The position numbers were made by a program, and so were the translations under genes. Positions 36,801 to 46,411 of a stretch of DNA of 64,000 nucleotides are shown piece by piece; within the stretch, counting starts at the first letter, position 1, and each line of letters starts with the position of its first letter. This stretch comes from Paraspadella gotoi (Eukaryota > Animalia > Chaetognatha): contig CM119263.1 in NCBI GenBank assembly GCA_051294375.1, positions 21,202,268 through 21,266,267 of the forward strand, written 5' to 3'. A model generated the notes under the pieces. That model saw only the letters and a program-made list of their open reading frames with translations. It was not told the DNA's origin and made no database searches.

Positions 36801-39800
36801 AATCGCGGTAGCAGTTGTTGTCGAATTTGTTGTAAGAAGCCAGCGCGATGTGGACGCCAAATCCGGCGCCGACGGAGAAGAAGATTTGGACCGCGGCGTC
36901 GATCCAGACTTGGGGGTTGGCGAGTCTGAAATGATTGGTGGATAAAATGATTGTTGATGGCTTGATTTATTTCATGAATTCATGAAAGGTTCTTTGACAA
37001 TTTAATGAATTTATGAATGAAGTGACTAATAAATTTAATAATTTAGTAGTATTCATTTAGTAAAAGATTGATTGAGACATTAATTCACTGTTTGATTTTT
37101 TGATGGATTCCTTTGACTTACAAATGGATTTTCGGATTGATGAAGTAGACTAGTCCCTCTCCAGCACCCGGAAGAAAACATCCACGGATGAAGAAGACGA
37201 GGAGGATGATGTAAGGGGCCGTCGCCGTCACCCACACAACCTAGAAGGGGAGTGGGGGTTGAAGGGGGTGGTCGATGATGGATAGGTTAGGATGCATACT
37301 GGATAGGAAGGATAGAAATTCATTTTAGTGACGTTATTTATTTATTCCAAACTTGATTACAGTTATTTCAGAATGACCCGTGACGAAATTCGACCTCACC
37401 CTGACCTGACCCGTCGCTGACCTTTCCCGAAGATTTGACCCCTTTCCACAGGGAAAAGTAGAGGATGGTAAAGACGAAAAAATTGCAGAGAACGAGTTGC
37501 CATTTCGGAGTTCCTGAGACGAGGAGGGGATGACAGTTACGCGTGACTTTTATTATCGCGGAACAAAACAAGAACATTTTCGTCTTGAGAGGGCGTTAGT
37601 TATTTACCGGTTTGTCTGTAAAGGTTATTGACGTAGATGTTGACTCATGATTATTTCTTTTTTTTGTTGAAAAAACATCTGTTCTTTTGTATCAAGAGTA
37701 TCAATCAATGTTCTCGTTTACTTTTTGCAATAACGATGATTCATAGTTTTCGTAAAAATTATAACTGTCGACTTTTTATGCTTGTAAGCTTTAAAATTAC
37801 GGATATATGTGTGAATAATTAAACACTAAAAACTAGAGAAAAATAATTTTTCACACCTACCTCTGTCACGCCCAAATCTCCATATCTCTCAATCACCAAG
37901 CCAAACATTCACCAGAAGCTCACTCAGTTTTAAGTTTTCCATGCCTCNNNNNNNNNNCCTTACCCAGGCCCGCCGCGCCCTTACTCACCCAAATCCCAGA
38001 ATCCCTCGCTCTCCTGCACGCTGAGGACGTGGCGATGATAATATTCGTGGGAAGAGAGTTTTCCCGTCGTCGCGTTGACGGTCACGTTGCCCCTCGTCAC
38101 TTCGGTGATGGAAGAGTTGGTGCTCCATTTCCATTCCCAACACTCGTCTGATGTGGAGGAGGGGAACGAAGTAATGAATGAAAGAATTAATGAATGAATA
38201 GATCAATAAATGGGAGAATAGAAAAATAGATGATTAAAAACAAAAAAGTTATAAATAAATGAATGAATGAATGTTTGACCGAATGCATTAATCAATGGAA
38301 GCATGAATTATCAAATGTGAAAGAACGAACAAATTAATAGATGATCATTCAATAAAAAATTAATAAATAAATGAAATAATTAAGAAATTAATGAATGAAA
38401 GAATGATTGAATGAATATATTTTTTCAAGAAAGACATCGGTAAGTCGCCTCACTCGTTAATTTCTAACTGATTTTTTTACCATAACAGATTTTAATTTTA
38501 TAGACTTTAATTTAAATTAACCTGACATAACATATCATACCATAACATACTTTACCATCCCTCCCGAGGTCCCAAAGTCCCTCTCACTTTTCCCAAATAA
38601 AACTGACCCGTGTTCCAGTCGTTCTCGCACGTTGTCCACGGCAGGATCCAGTTGAATGAGTTGAGCAGATAATAAAAAGCCCAACCGATGATGGTGTTGT
38701 AGTAAAAAGCGACGTCGAAGGCCATGAGGACCACGGAGAAGCCGATGCCCTTGAAGAGCGGGCAGACGTGATCCCAGACGGCGATGGCGCCCCGACGGGT
38801 GTATTGGCCTGCCAACAGGGGGTGCGGGTGTGTGGTGAGTTTTGATGATGGGTCACATCGGAGCTAAAAATGAGGTCGTATGATAATGCTTAATTATAAT
38901 ACTTGAAAAAATGGTCATTTATTTAATTAAAACAGTTAAAAAAAATAGTGTACAATAGAGTGATGTGAAAATGATACAATTTTAGAAAATTAAAATTAAG
39001 CATATAAAACATGAAAAAAAAATAATAAAAATACTTTAGTAAATTCATTTTTTAATTTTATACATTAGTGTGCACCAGTAAGGTATATTTATATTTAATA
39101 ATAAGTATATAATAGGCTTAAATTTCAAAATGCAAATTTTTAAATTTTAACATCGGATTTGGATTTCTTGCAAAAAGTTGATATAGGAAAGTATGATTCT
39201 TTTTTAAAAATTCTTTCATTAAAAAACTATATTTAGGACCCCCATTTTCAATTTCCAGCTTAAAAATATGTTTTTTGTAATTCTAACCTACTAAATGACA
39301 TGATTTTAGAAATAGATTGTTAGACATTGTGGTGTAATCTTTTCTTTTTGTTGTGTAGAGATAATTAGAAGAGTTTGAAATTGGTATAAACAACGATTTA
39401 TTTTGTTACAATGTACAGAAGCATCCGTCTAGAATTTCTGAGACGGCAAGCTCTGTAACTCGAGTACAAATGATAATTTGAAAGAGAGTTTTTGTCTTGT
39501 TATCGAGTACTCATATGGCTACTCCCCCTTCGGTAAGCCATTGCTCTACGACCACTTTTGGGACATAGCAGTTTATTGTAATAGTTTACCTTGAGTGGGA
39601 TTCGAATCCTACCATTCCATTCTGCGTCAAAGTCTTAGTTTTTAACCACTCGGCCATCTCGTTATTTAAAAAAAAAATTCAAAAACCTCAATATAAATTT
39701 TGGTTTTTCTTTTCTTTTTAGTCGATCTGGAAAAAAAATTCACTATTTAAACACCAATTACTCATGAGTGGATGGGGAGATTGACTTGAAATTTTGTATG

Positions 39801-42800
39801 TGGGTAGAAAAGTGTGTGATTAAACTGGAAATCAAGTTTCGATGGAATCGTTTGAGTGGAAATGAGTTTAAATGGAAAAAAAAAACTTGTTTCACTAATT
39901 GATTATGCTTTTTATATTAAATGTAAATGCAAGATGTATTAATTAATCAAATAATTAATCAGTTAATTAATCAATAAGTCAATTAATTAATCAATAATTA
40001 ATTAATCAGTCAATTAATCAATCAAAACAAACATTTTGGATCAAAATAATTAATTAATTACCTTGAATTAATTATTAATTAATTAATTACTGATAATGAT
40101 CGTTGGCAGATCCGACATTGTTTGCTCAAACTTGTTTTTATGCAAATCGAAAACTTAGATTATTCTTTTTTCGAAACGATTTCGTTCTTTCATTCTCTCA
40201 ATCATTAGCCTATTTATTAATATTGATACAATAAGCAACTAGTTAAAAACACTTAATAAAACACCTTAAAAGCAAGGTGAAAATGTTCAACGTCGCGTCG
40301 AGGCAACTGACTTTTCCTCAATTTCAAACATTAAAAATAAGCCAGATATTCGCTTTCTTTGTATTAATCGTCGTCGTTGCGACGTTCTGTCACGAATCGG
40401 AAAACTTGGGACTCGGATATCGAAATCTCTGCCTTTGAACGTTTAATTTTTTGTTTCCCCCCAAAAATTAAAAGCGAACCTACAGCTTTATATAATTTAA
40501 TTTGTACAAATTTTTTTGGGAAAATCACTTGGCCGAATGCTTAGCGCCCCGTATTTCAAGGTTACGAAAAGGTTTCAGGTTCAAATCTGGTTGAAGCATC
40601 TTTTTACAATAGGTTCTGATGTCCCAAAATTGGTCGTAGAGCAATGGCTTACCGAAGGGGGAGTAGCCATATGTGTACTCGATATCAAGACAAAAGCTCT
40701 CTTTAAAATTCTCATTTGTACTCGAGTTACAGAGCTTGCCGTCTCAGAAATTCTAGACGGATGCTACTGTACATATTTCGGCTTAGGTACAAGCCTTCTT
40801 CATCATTAACAGATGTGAAATTTAAAACAGATTGTGTGCATAAAGAAAAGAAAGATAGAGAGAGGGAATGGACAAAGTTTCCAACACAGAGTTGAGAAAG
40901 GACAGTAGTCAGTTGTGAGGACAGGTTGCTGCTGAAGAGGCAACCGCGCCCATCACAGAGCAAATGGAAGATAAGCAGAAGCGCCCTAAGAACATGGGCC
41001 ACTTGTCCCCACTTGTCCCCTACCACCAGGGGATCACGGAGTCATTGGTGCGGGTGCTAGCAAAGCAGGGGATCTCCACCTCAGTGACGGCCCGCAGTTC
41101 TCTGCTTGAGCTATTGGTGAAACCAAAAGATAAAATCCCCAGACTGAAAACATCAGGAGCCGTCTATTGGGCGGCCTGTGCAGGGGCGGGCAACCAAGCC
41201 TGTACGGCAGCAAACATGGGCGAGACAGGAAAGTCTCTAACAGACAGCTTCCAGCAGCATACGAAACCCTATCGCGATGCCAGAAGCCGAGCACACGGCT
41301 AACACTGGCCATCTATTTAGAGAATCAGACTGTCTCGTGCTGTCCCATGACCCAAGCTGGTTCTCAAGAGGTATTAGAGAGGCAATCTATATCAAGGCCC
41401 TCGAGCCCTCTTTGAACCGTGATGGAGAATGATTCAACCTCCCTCCAAGCTATGATTTGCTTATCAAAAACGTGGTGATTGGTGAAGGCCCCGTCTCCAC
41501 CACGTCCGCACAATGATTCCCCTATCTCCACTCAACGAGACAGGCAGAGACTCTTGCGCAGGCAATGGGCAGACGATACCTCTCCTACGCCTGTAGCAAC
41601 TCATTCCCTTTCTCTGTGGAGTGAGCGCCGCCCAAAGCGACGGCTGCAGGAGGAAGGGGAGGAGTTCACCACTCCTGTCGCGTAAGCGGCAAGAATGGAT
41701 AGCCACCCACCTTGCCAGCAGGCGAGAAGAGGGCAGTCGGCAGTCGTATCAGGCCATAGAGACATCAGAGTAGCCTTGGGTATCTTCCCACAAGGAAGCC
41801 TCCCCAACGCCGCACACATTGGCTCAACGATTTTGTCCTCCGAGCCACTGACGCGTCAATGACCCGACCACAATGATCAAGCCTTTCATTTGCACACACC
41901 AAGGGGGGCCAGCTCATTTTGAGCTCTATCTTAACTCTTATATTTTCACACACAATGTATTATTTTTCAGGTTCTCTCACTCTCTCTCCCTCTCTATCTC
42001 TCTCACCATTTCAATTTATTTTCACAAACTCGCTCTATTTGTTTCACCTTAATCTGTCCTCACAACTGACCACTGTCCTTTCTCAACTCTGTGTTGGAAA
42101 CTTTGCCCATTCCCTCTCTCTATACCAACTCAAACTCTTCTAAGAAAAAGATTTATATTTTCTTTTATCAACTTTTAACGAGGAATTTGAATCTGAATAA
42201 AAGATGAAAAAGTAAGTCGCCTCATAGAGATACTTATTAAATAGGTGATTAATTAAGATAATTATGCGGATTCTTGAGACGAAAAAATAAGTGGATGACG
42301 ATGGGATGAATGAACGAAGAAAGAAAAAAAAACAAAAGGATATTACAGGTAAAAAATTCGACGGGAGAAAAACAAAAGATATCTCCGATTTCACGGTGAG
42401 ATCAACATATTGGAGGGCAAATATTGCTGACCGCAAGTGGATTTTAATCCGATTTCAATTAGCGAGATTCTGCTTGCAAAGAACATGGCTTTTTTTGGTC
42501 TAAACATTTACGCGTCGCTGGCCACAGATATATGAAATTGGTACAACCAATATAAAAATTATCCAATAAGCTCTCTTGCCCCTGACTTTGGACAGGCTTT
42601 GGTGGTTTAAGGCCTCTATCACTCTTACAAGTAATGTAATTATGTAGTGATTTTATATCACTACCCGTTGGATAAGACTTTTTCTTCCATCAGCGCCGTT
42701 ATAGCTCACTAACAATGGTCACGGGTTCTAACCCTGGTCGAAACAGTCCTTGCAAATAGAGGGACGGGACGGTTAAACCACCGGTAAAAAGCCTACCGCC

Positions 42801-43983
42801 TACCGACAAAAAAAATCTCCCAGACCCACTGGGCACACTAAGTGTGGGGGCTATCTACACTATCCACTCCTCTCGGTTTGTTCATTTCCTTGTAATTCCT
42901 TTCGACTAAAATAAATAAACAAGCATATTTTTTTAATTTTAGTTTTTTTTAACTTAAAGCGATATAGTTTACAAGTTTTGATTGAATCTAAACCACTTGT
43001 AAATCTCGTTCGATGGTATTTTTCGTTGAACTCACCCAAGGCGAGTTCCAAGAAGAAAAGCGGAATAGCGCCGAAGACGAGCATGAGAAAGTAAGGGATA
43101 AGAAACGCGCCGCCGCCGTTTTTGTAGCAGAGGTAAGGAAATCGCCAGACGTTGGCTAAGTCGACCGAGAACCCCACCACCGACAGCAGGAAATCGAATT
43201 TGCTGATGGGGCGGGTAGGGAAGCGAAGCGGGAGAAGGGCAGAGGGGAAGAGGGGCGAGTTAAGTTAGTTTTCTTGGAGCGGAAAATCCGGGCTCTCATA
43301 GAAAAGAAAAGAAACGAATGAATGTAAAAATAAATTTAGATTTTTAGAAAAAAACAAACAAACAAAAAAAAAACAACCAAAAAATGAACCTGTTCCACGT
43401 TTCTCTGAGGATGTCTGTTGTGCTTTGTCGAGACTCGAAAGTCGGAACTTCTCCATCGGCGCCGAGATCAACTTAAAATCAAATTATCATACTAAATTTT
43501 AAATTTTCATTAATATTATATTTTATTTTGACAAGGAAATTTTAATAAAAAATCATGTTTTGGCCTTGTTTTTAGGCCTTTATCGGTGTAAATTATCAAT
43601 TAAAACTAGCTGAACAATAAATATCCTTTAATGCTTTTGTCTTATTTTAGAAAGTATCACAAATGACATGGATCCCCTCCCCGATCACTCAATCCAAACT
43701 GACCCCTTCTCTCCATCCACAAAGACTCACCTCCCAGAGTTTCCATGGCGATGACCTTTTCCATCGCCGCGTTCCCTTCGTCGTCGATCGACGCCGTCCA
43801 ATTTTCCACCGGCGTCACCTGTGTGACGCGTCTTGGCGACGACGACTCGCGATTGGACGATTTTTTCGGCGTCGACTCGTGATTGGCCAGAATGTCGGGA
43901 CGGGAATCGACGGCGTCCGATTGGGGGACGTGGTTGTTCATTGGCGCCGACGGAGGATGCTTCGGACACGGGTCGTGGTCCAT
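33716..43983 (-). CDS. SLC6 sodium/chloride-dependent monoamine transporter (octopamine/noradrenaline/dopamine type), complete 14-exon CDS, 678 aa
   Basis: Exons on - in transcript order: 43983-43731, 43471-43390, 43202-43036, 38808-38608, 38147-37989, 37513-37422, 37240-37122, 36925-36756, 36584-36411, 36123-35944, 35273-35183, 35013-34882, 34225-34122, 33828-33716. All are GT-AG with matching phases, summing to 2037 nt. TM1 [22 protein letters not shown] has the monoamine-binding Asp. The C-terminus FYLQHWLKI* resembles DAT/NET. Confidence 0.96.
34122..34225 (-). CDS. SLC6 exon 13 (TM12)
   Basis: cag|[34 protein letters not shown]|gtgaga. Confidence 0.92.
34272..34475. repeat. Dispersed ~200-bp repeat family, unclassified
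   Basis: cttcattgatagagaagccaggtactc...ccttaaaccaccaaagcc...tattggttgtac also occurs at 46143-46345 and 46500-47050 (noisy), reverse-complemented at 42535-42630, and in the duplicated blocks. Confidence 0.75.
34882..35013 (-). CDS. SLC6 exon 12 (TM11)
   Basis: cag|[43 protein letters not shown]|gt. Confidence 0.93.
35183..35273 (-). CDS. SLC6 exon 11 (TM10)
   Basis: cag|[30 protein letters not shown]|gtcaga. Confidence 0.93.
35558..35821. other. GC-rich multi-hairpin intronic element (candidate structured RNA or retroelement UTR/SINE)
   Basis: At least seven short perfect inverted repeats occur in series within an AT-rich intron (listed in findings). Confidence 0.45.
35944..36123 (-). CDS. 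SLC6 exon 10 (TM8-TM9)
   Basis: tag|[20 protein letters not shown]...[12 protein letters not shown]|gtgagg. Confidence 0.95.
36411..36584 (-). CDS. SLC6 exon 9 (TM7, EL4, TM8)
   Basis: tag|[12 protein letters not shown]...[33 protein letters not shown]|gtgaat. Confidence 0.95.
36756..36925 (-). CDS. SLC6 exon 8 (TM6-TM7)
   Basis: cag|[56 protein letters not shown]|gt. Confidence 0.95.
37122..37240 (-). CDS. SLC6 exon 7 (TM5)
   Basis: tag|[39 protein letters not shown]|gtaagt. Confidence 0.95.
37422..37513 (-). CDS. SLC6 exon 6 (TM4)
   Basis: cag|[31 protein letters not shown]|gtcagc. Confidence 0.95.
37989..38147 (-). CDS. SLC6 exon 5 (EL2, with N-glycosylation sequons NSS, NVT, NAT)
   Basis: cag|[53 protein letters not shown]|gtgagt. 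Confidence 0.9.
38608..38808 (-). CDS. SLC6 exon 4 (TM3, start of EL2)
   Basis: cag|[67 protein letters not shown]|gtcagt. Confidence 0.95.
39588..39661 (-). pseudogene. tRNA-like (Leu/Ser-type) pseudogene or SINE head
   Basis: Minus strand reads GAGATGGCCGAGTGGTTAA (A box/D arm)...GTAGGATTCGAATCCCAC (B box/T arm). The anticodon and acceptor arms do not pair properly. Confidence 0.55.
39735..40140 (+). mobile_element. Helentron-associated (HINE/DINE-1-like) element, 3' fragment
   Basis: Ends GCAGATCCGAC-att-GTTTGCTCAAAC-TTGTTTTT (subTIR, hairpin, T run) and shares its core with 55290-56070. Confidence 0.6.
40770..42130 (+). mobile_element. 5'-truncated Penelope-like element with inverted 5' pseudo-LTR, in SLC6 intron 3
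   Basis: GIY-YIG remnant at 41000-41460 ([20 protein letters not shown]...LVKPKDKI...GAVYWAAC...MGETGKSL...[23 protein letters not shown]). 40860-40926 is the reverse complement of 42054-42120. A hammerhead-like motif lies at 40770-40808 (-). A mirror copy lies at 56630-57998. Confidence 0.85.
43036..43202 (-). CDS. SLC6 exon 3 (TM1-TM2)
   Basis: cag|[55 protein letters not shown]|gtgagt. Confidence 0.97.
43390..43471 (-). CDS. SLC6 exon 2
   Basis: aag|[28 protein letters not shown]|gt; contains the conserved RETW motif. Confidence 0.88.
43731..43983 (-). CDS. SLC6 exon 1 (N-terminal tail)
   Basis: [14 protein letters not shown]...[10 protein letters not shown]|gtgagt. The phase-1 junction fits exon 2. 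The start is inferred because this region is not conserved. Confidence 0.75.
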
Positions 43984-44399
43984 TTCTCTTTTTGAGGGGG
44001 TTTTGAGTTTTTTACTCGTTGCTAAGAGACAGGACGCGCGAGATTTTAGTTCATTTTTGTTTTCTTCACGTACGTAAAGAGACAGGAATGGAGAGGTAGC
44101 GAGAGAAAGAGAAAGAGTGAGAGTGAGANNNNNNNNNNGAGTGAGAGTAAGAGTGAGAGTGAGAGAGAGAGAGAGAGAAAGAGCGAGTCGTTAGATATAA
44201 AGAGAGCGATCGGTCTTCGATCGCCGAGGGTCCGTCTCGCCTACCGACGCGTCGTGTGAATCGATTATCCTTTGCGTCGGTGATGTTTGTGAATTTTTAG
44301 GTAAAACGAAGAGCGGATGTGATTCACCTCCAAACCGATTTCCATTACCGAAGAGGTTTTCCTGTCGATATTGAAAATTTGTGAATAAAAGATACGATT

Positions 44400-45462
44400 T
44401 TTTTAGCGGCAGGCTGTTGTGTGTCACCTTGTAGAGTTAAAATACTAGGGTTAAGGTTTTAGCTTGGCATGAGATAAAAGGTTAGGGTTAGGGCTAAAAA
44501 AATGGCCTGCTGTAAATGAATGCAAGATTGCAAATAAGATAAATTAATTAGGGTTAGGGTTTTTATTGGTTCATTCAGGGTGAATGGGAAGGCTTATTAT
44601 ATCCCCATTATTCCTGGGCCAGTCCTTTTTAAACCCTGAACTTGACCAAATGCTTTTTGTCTATCACTTAGTCCGACCTTAATAAAAAAAGATTGACAGG
44701 ATACACGAGTATGGTTATTCCTTTCAGGCATATAATATATCCTCTATTTGCCCGGCCGGGGGGAGCCAGCTCATTTTGAGCTCTTCTTACACTTACTTTC
44801 ACTATCACTTTACTTAACTATCCCTCACCACTTATTCTTCCATTTAAAATTCACTTTAATTCACTTTATTTATTCATTTAGTTAGAACTAATTTAATATA
44901 TTTTATTTTTGTTAAATATTAGTTTATCTTTAAGTTTGTTAATTTAATTTATTCCACTTTATCTCTGTTGTATCATTACCAAATGTATTGATATAATTTT
45001 TCTCTCTCTCTGTCCTTCTCTCTTTTGACTTTTCACAAAAATTTGCTTCTTGCTTCCCTGTCCTCACCTTTAGCTGTCCTCACATCGGGCCACTGTCTCT
45101 TACCCTATTCTTTGTTGGAAAATCTCTCTCTCTCTCTCCAAAACTTAACATTAACAGAGAAAAAATTGTTGATTTCAAAAACTGCTGATGAAGGCTCTAA
45201 CCCTTGTGAGCCGAAACATATCCTGACTTAAAATTTTGTCCAATAAAAATTGTTTGTTCAAATTTAAAAACTGTTATCTCCTTAATACTATGAAAGATGA
45301 TAAGTTTTATTGTATATTTTTGGATTTTTGGAAAAAGTTAAAAATAAAAAGTATTATATTAAAGTAATTTAATTTTTTAGCTTTTAAATAGATATGTTTC
45401 AACCATATGTAAATAAAATAGAAAAATAGGAAATAGGAAAAAAAATTAGTAAGCAAAATAAC

Positions 45463-45499
<37 letters not shown>

Positions 45500-46011
45500 T
45501 AAAATATATTATTGAAAAGCTTTGCCTTTAATCAGACTGCTGTATTAAGTAAGCCAAAGCATATTCAGGGATAAATTTTACTTCATAAAAAATTGAAAGT
45601 ATTTTATAATAAATTTAATAGATTAAAAAAAAGAATTATTATTATTTACTTAATCTTATATATAATAATATATGATATTATATAAATATAAAATAGAAAA
45701 TAGAAAAATAGAAATAGTAAAACAAGTAAGTGAAATTTTCATTAATTATAAAATCAATATTATATTTTTAAATATTTTTTTAATTTAGATAATTATAATC
45801 TTATTTTATTTTTATGGAGCTGGAGCCGGGCATTTTTATTTCGGCTCCGGCTCCAGCTCCGGCTCCGGTCAAAAATTTTTTTCGGCTCCGGCTCCAGCTC
45901 CGGCTCCGGCCAGATAAAAATTCTGGCTCCGGCTCCGGCTCCGGCTCCGGCAAAAAAAAGCTCGGCTCCGGCGGCTCCAGCTCCGGCTCCGGCTCCGGCT
46001 CCACATCCCTG
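44400..46011 (+). mobile_element. Right arm of the GGCTCC-repeat hAT-like element (second copy), upstream of the SLC6 gene
   Basis: Colinear with 53170-54240: MITE end ggctgttgtgtgtcaccttg-ta, ggttaggg tract, (GGCTCC)n at 45816-46000, and terminus GCTCCACATCCCTG. Confidence 0.7.
44737..45285 (+). mobile_element. Penelope-like 3' end/pseudo-LTR fragment with hammerhead motif
   Basis: gccagctcattttgagctct matches 41907-41926. CTGATGA-a-ggctc-taacccttgt-gagcc-GAAA-catatc lies at 45185-45222, followed by AATAAA. The segment is absent at the equivalent site (~53525) of the other hAT copy. Confidence 0.7.
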
Positions 46012-46368
46012 GTTGTACCAATTTCATAAAATTCAGCTCCTTGTATTTTGATGCTAGTGCGGAGTACAATAAGTATTCCCCGATCTAATACTTAAGGGAG
46101 TGGTCTTTTCATACAATTTAAACATTCTTTGAATATTATACCACTTCATTGATAGGGAAGCCAGGTACTCTGGGAGTGAATAAACGAGACTGTGAGAGAG
46201 TCTTGATTGAAAGCTTGCAGGGACCTGCTATGTCATTATCTTGTAAGAGTGATGGAGGCCTTAAACCACCAAAGCCTGTCCAAATTCAGGGGCAAGATAG
46301 CTTATTTATTAAATGAATGGATAATTTTTATATTGGTTGTACCAATTTCATATAGAAATGATATTTCA

Positions 46369-46411
<43 letters not shown>

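Larger units (their letters stand above)
39416..40769. mobile_element. Non-autonomous Tc1/mariner(pogo)-type TIR element (MITE) with ~150-bp TIRs, TA-flanked
   Basis: Left end TA|CAGAAGCATCCGTCTAGAATTTCTGAGACGG...GGGACAT (39416-39566) is mirrored by ATGTCCC...CTAGACGGATGCTACTG|TA (40619-40769). The inverted-block copy lies at ~57999-59467. Confidence 0.75.

Noticed and set aside
39588-39661. Functional tRNA gene
   Set aside because: Only the D and T arm boxes survive, no full cloverleaf forms, and it lies inside a MITE.
45801-46069. EP/AP/SR/GS dipeptide-repeat ORFs (also 50655 and 54029)
   Set aside because: These are subterminal (GGCTCC)n repeats of a TIR element.
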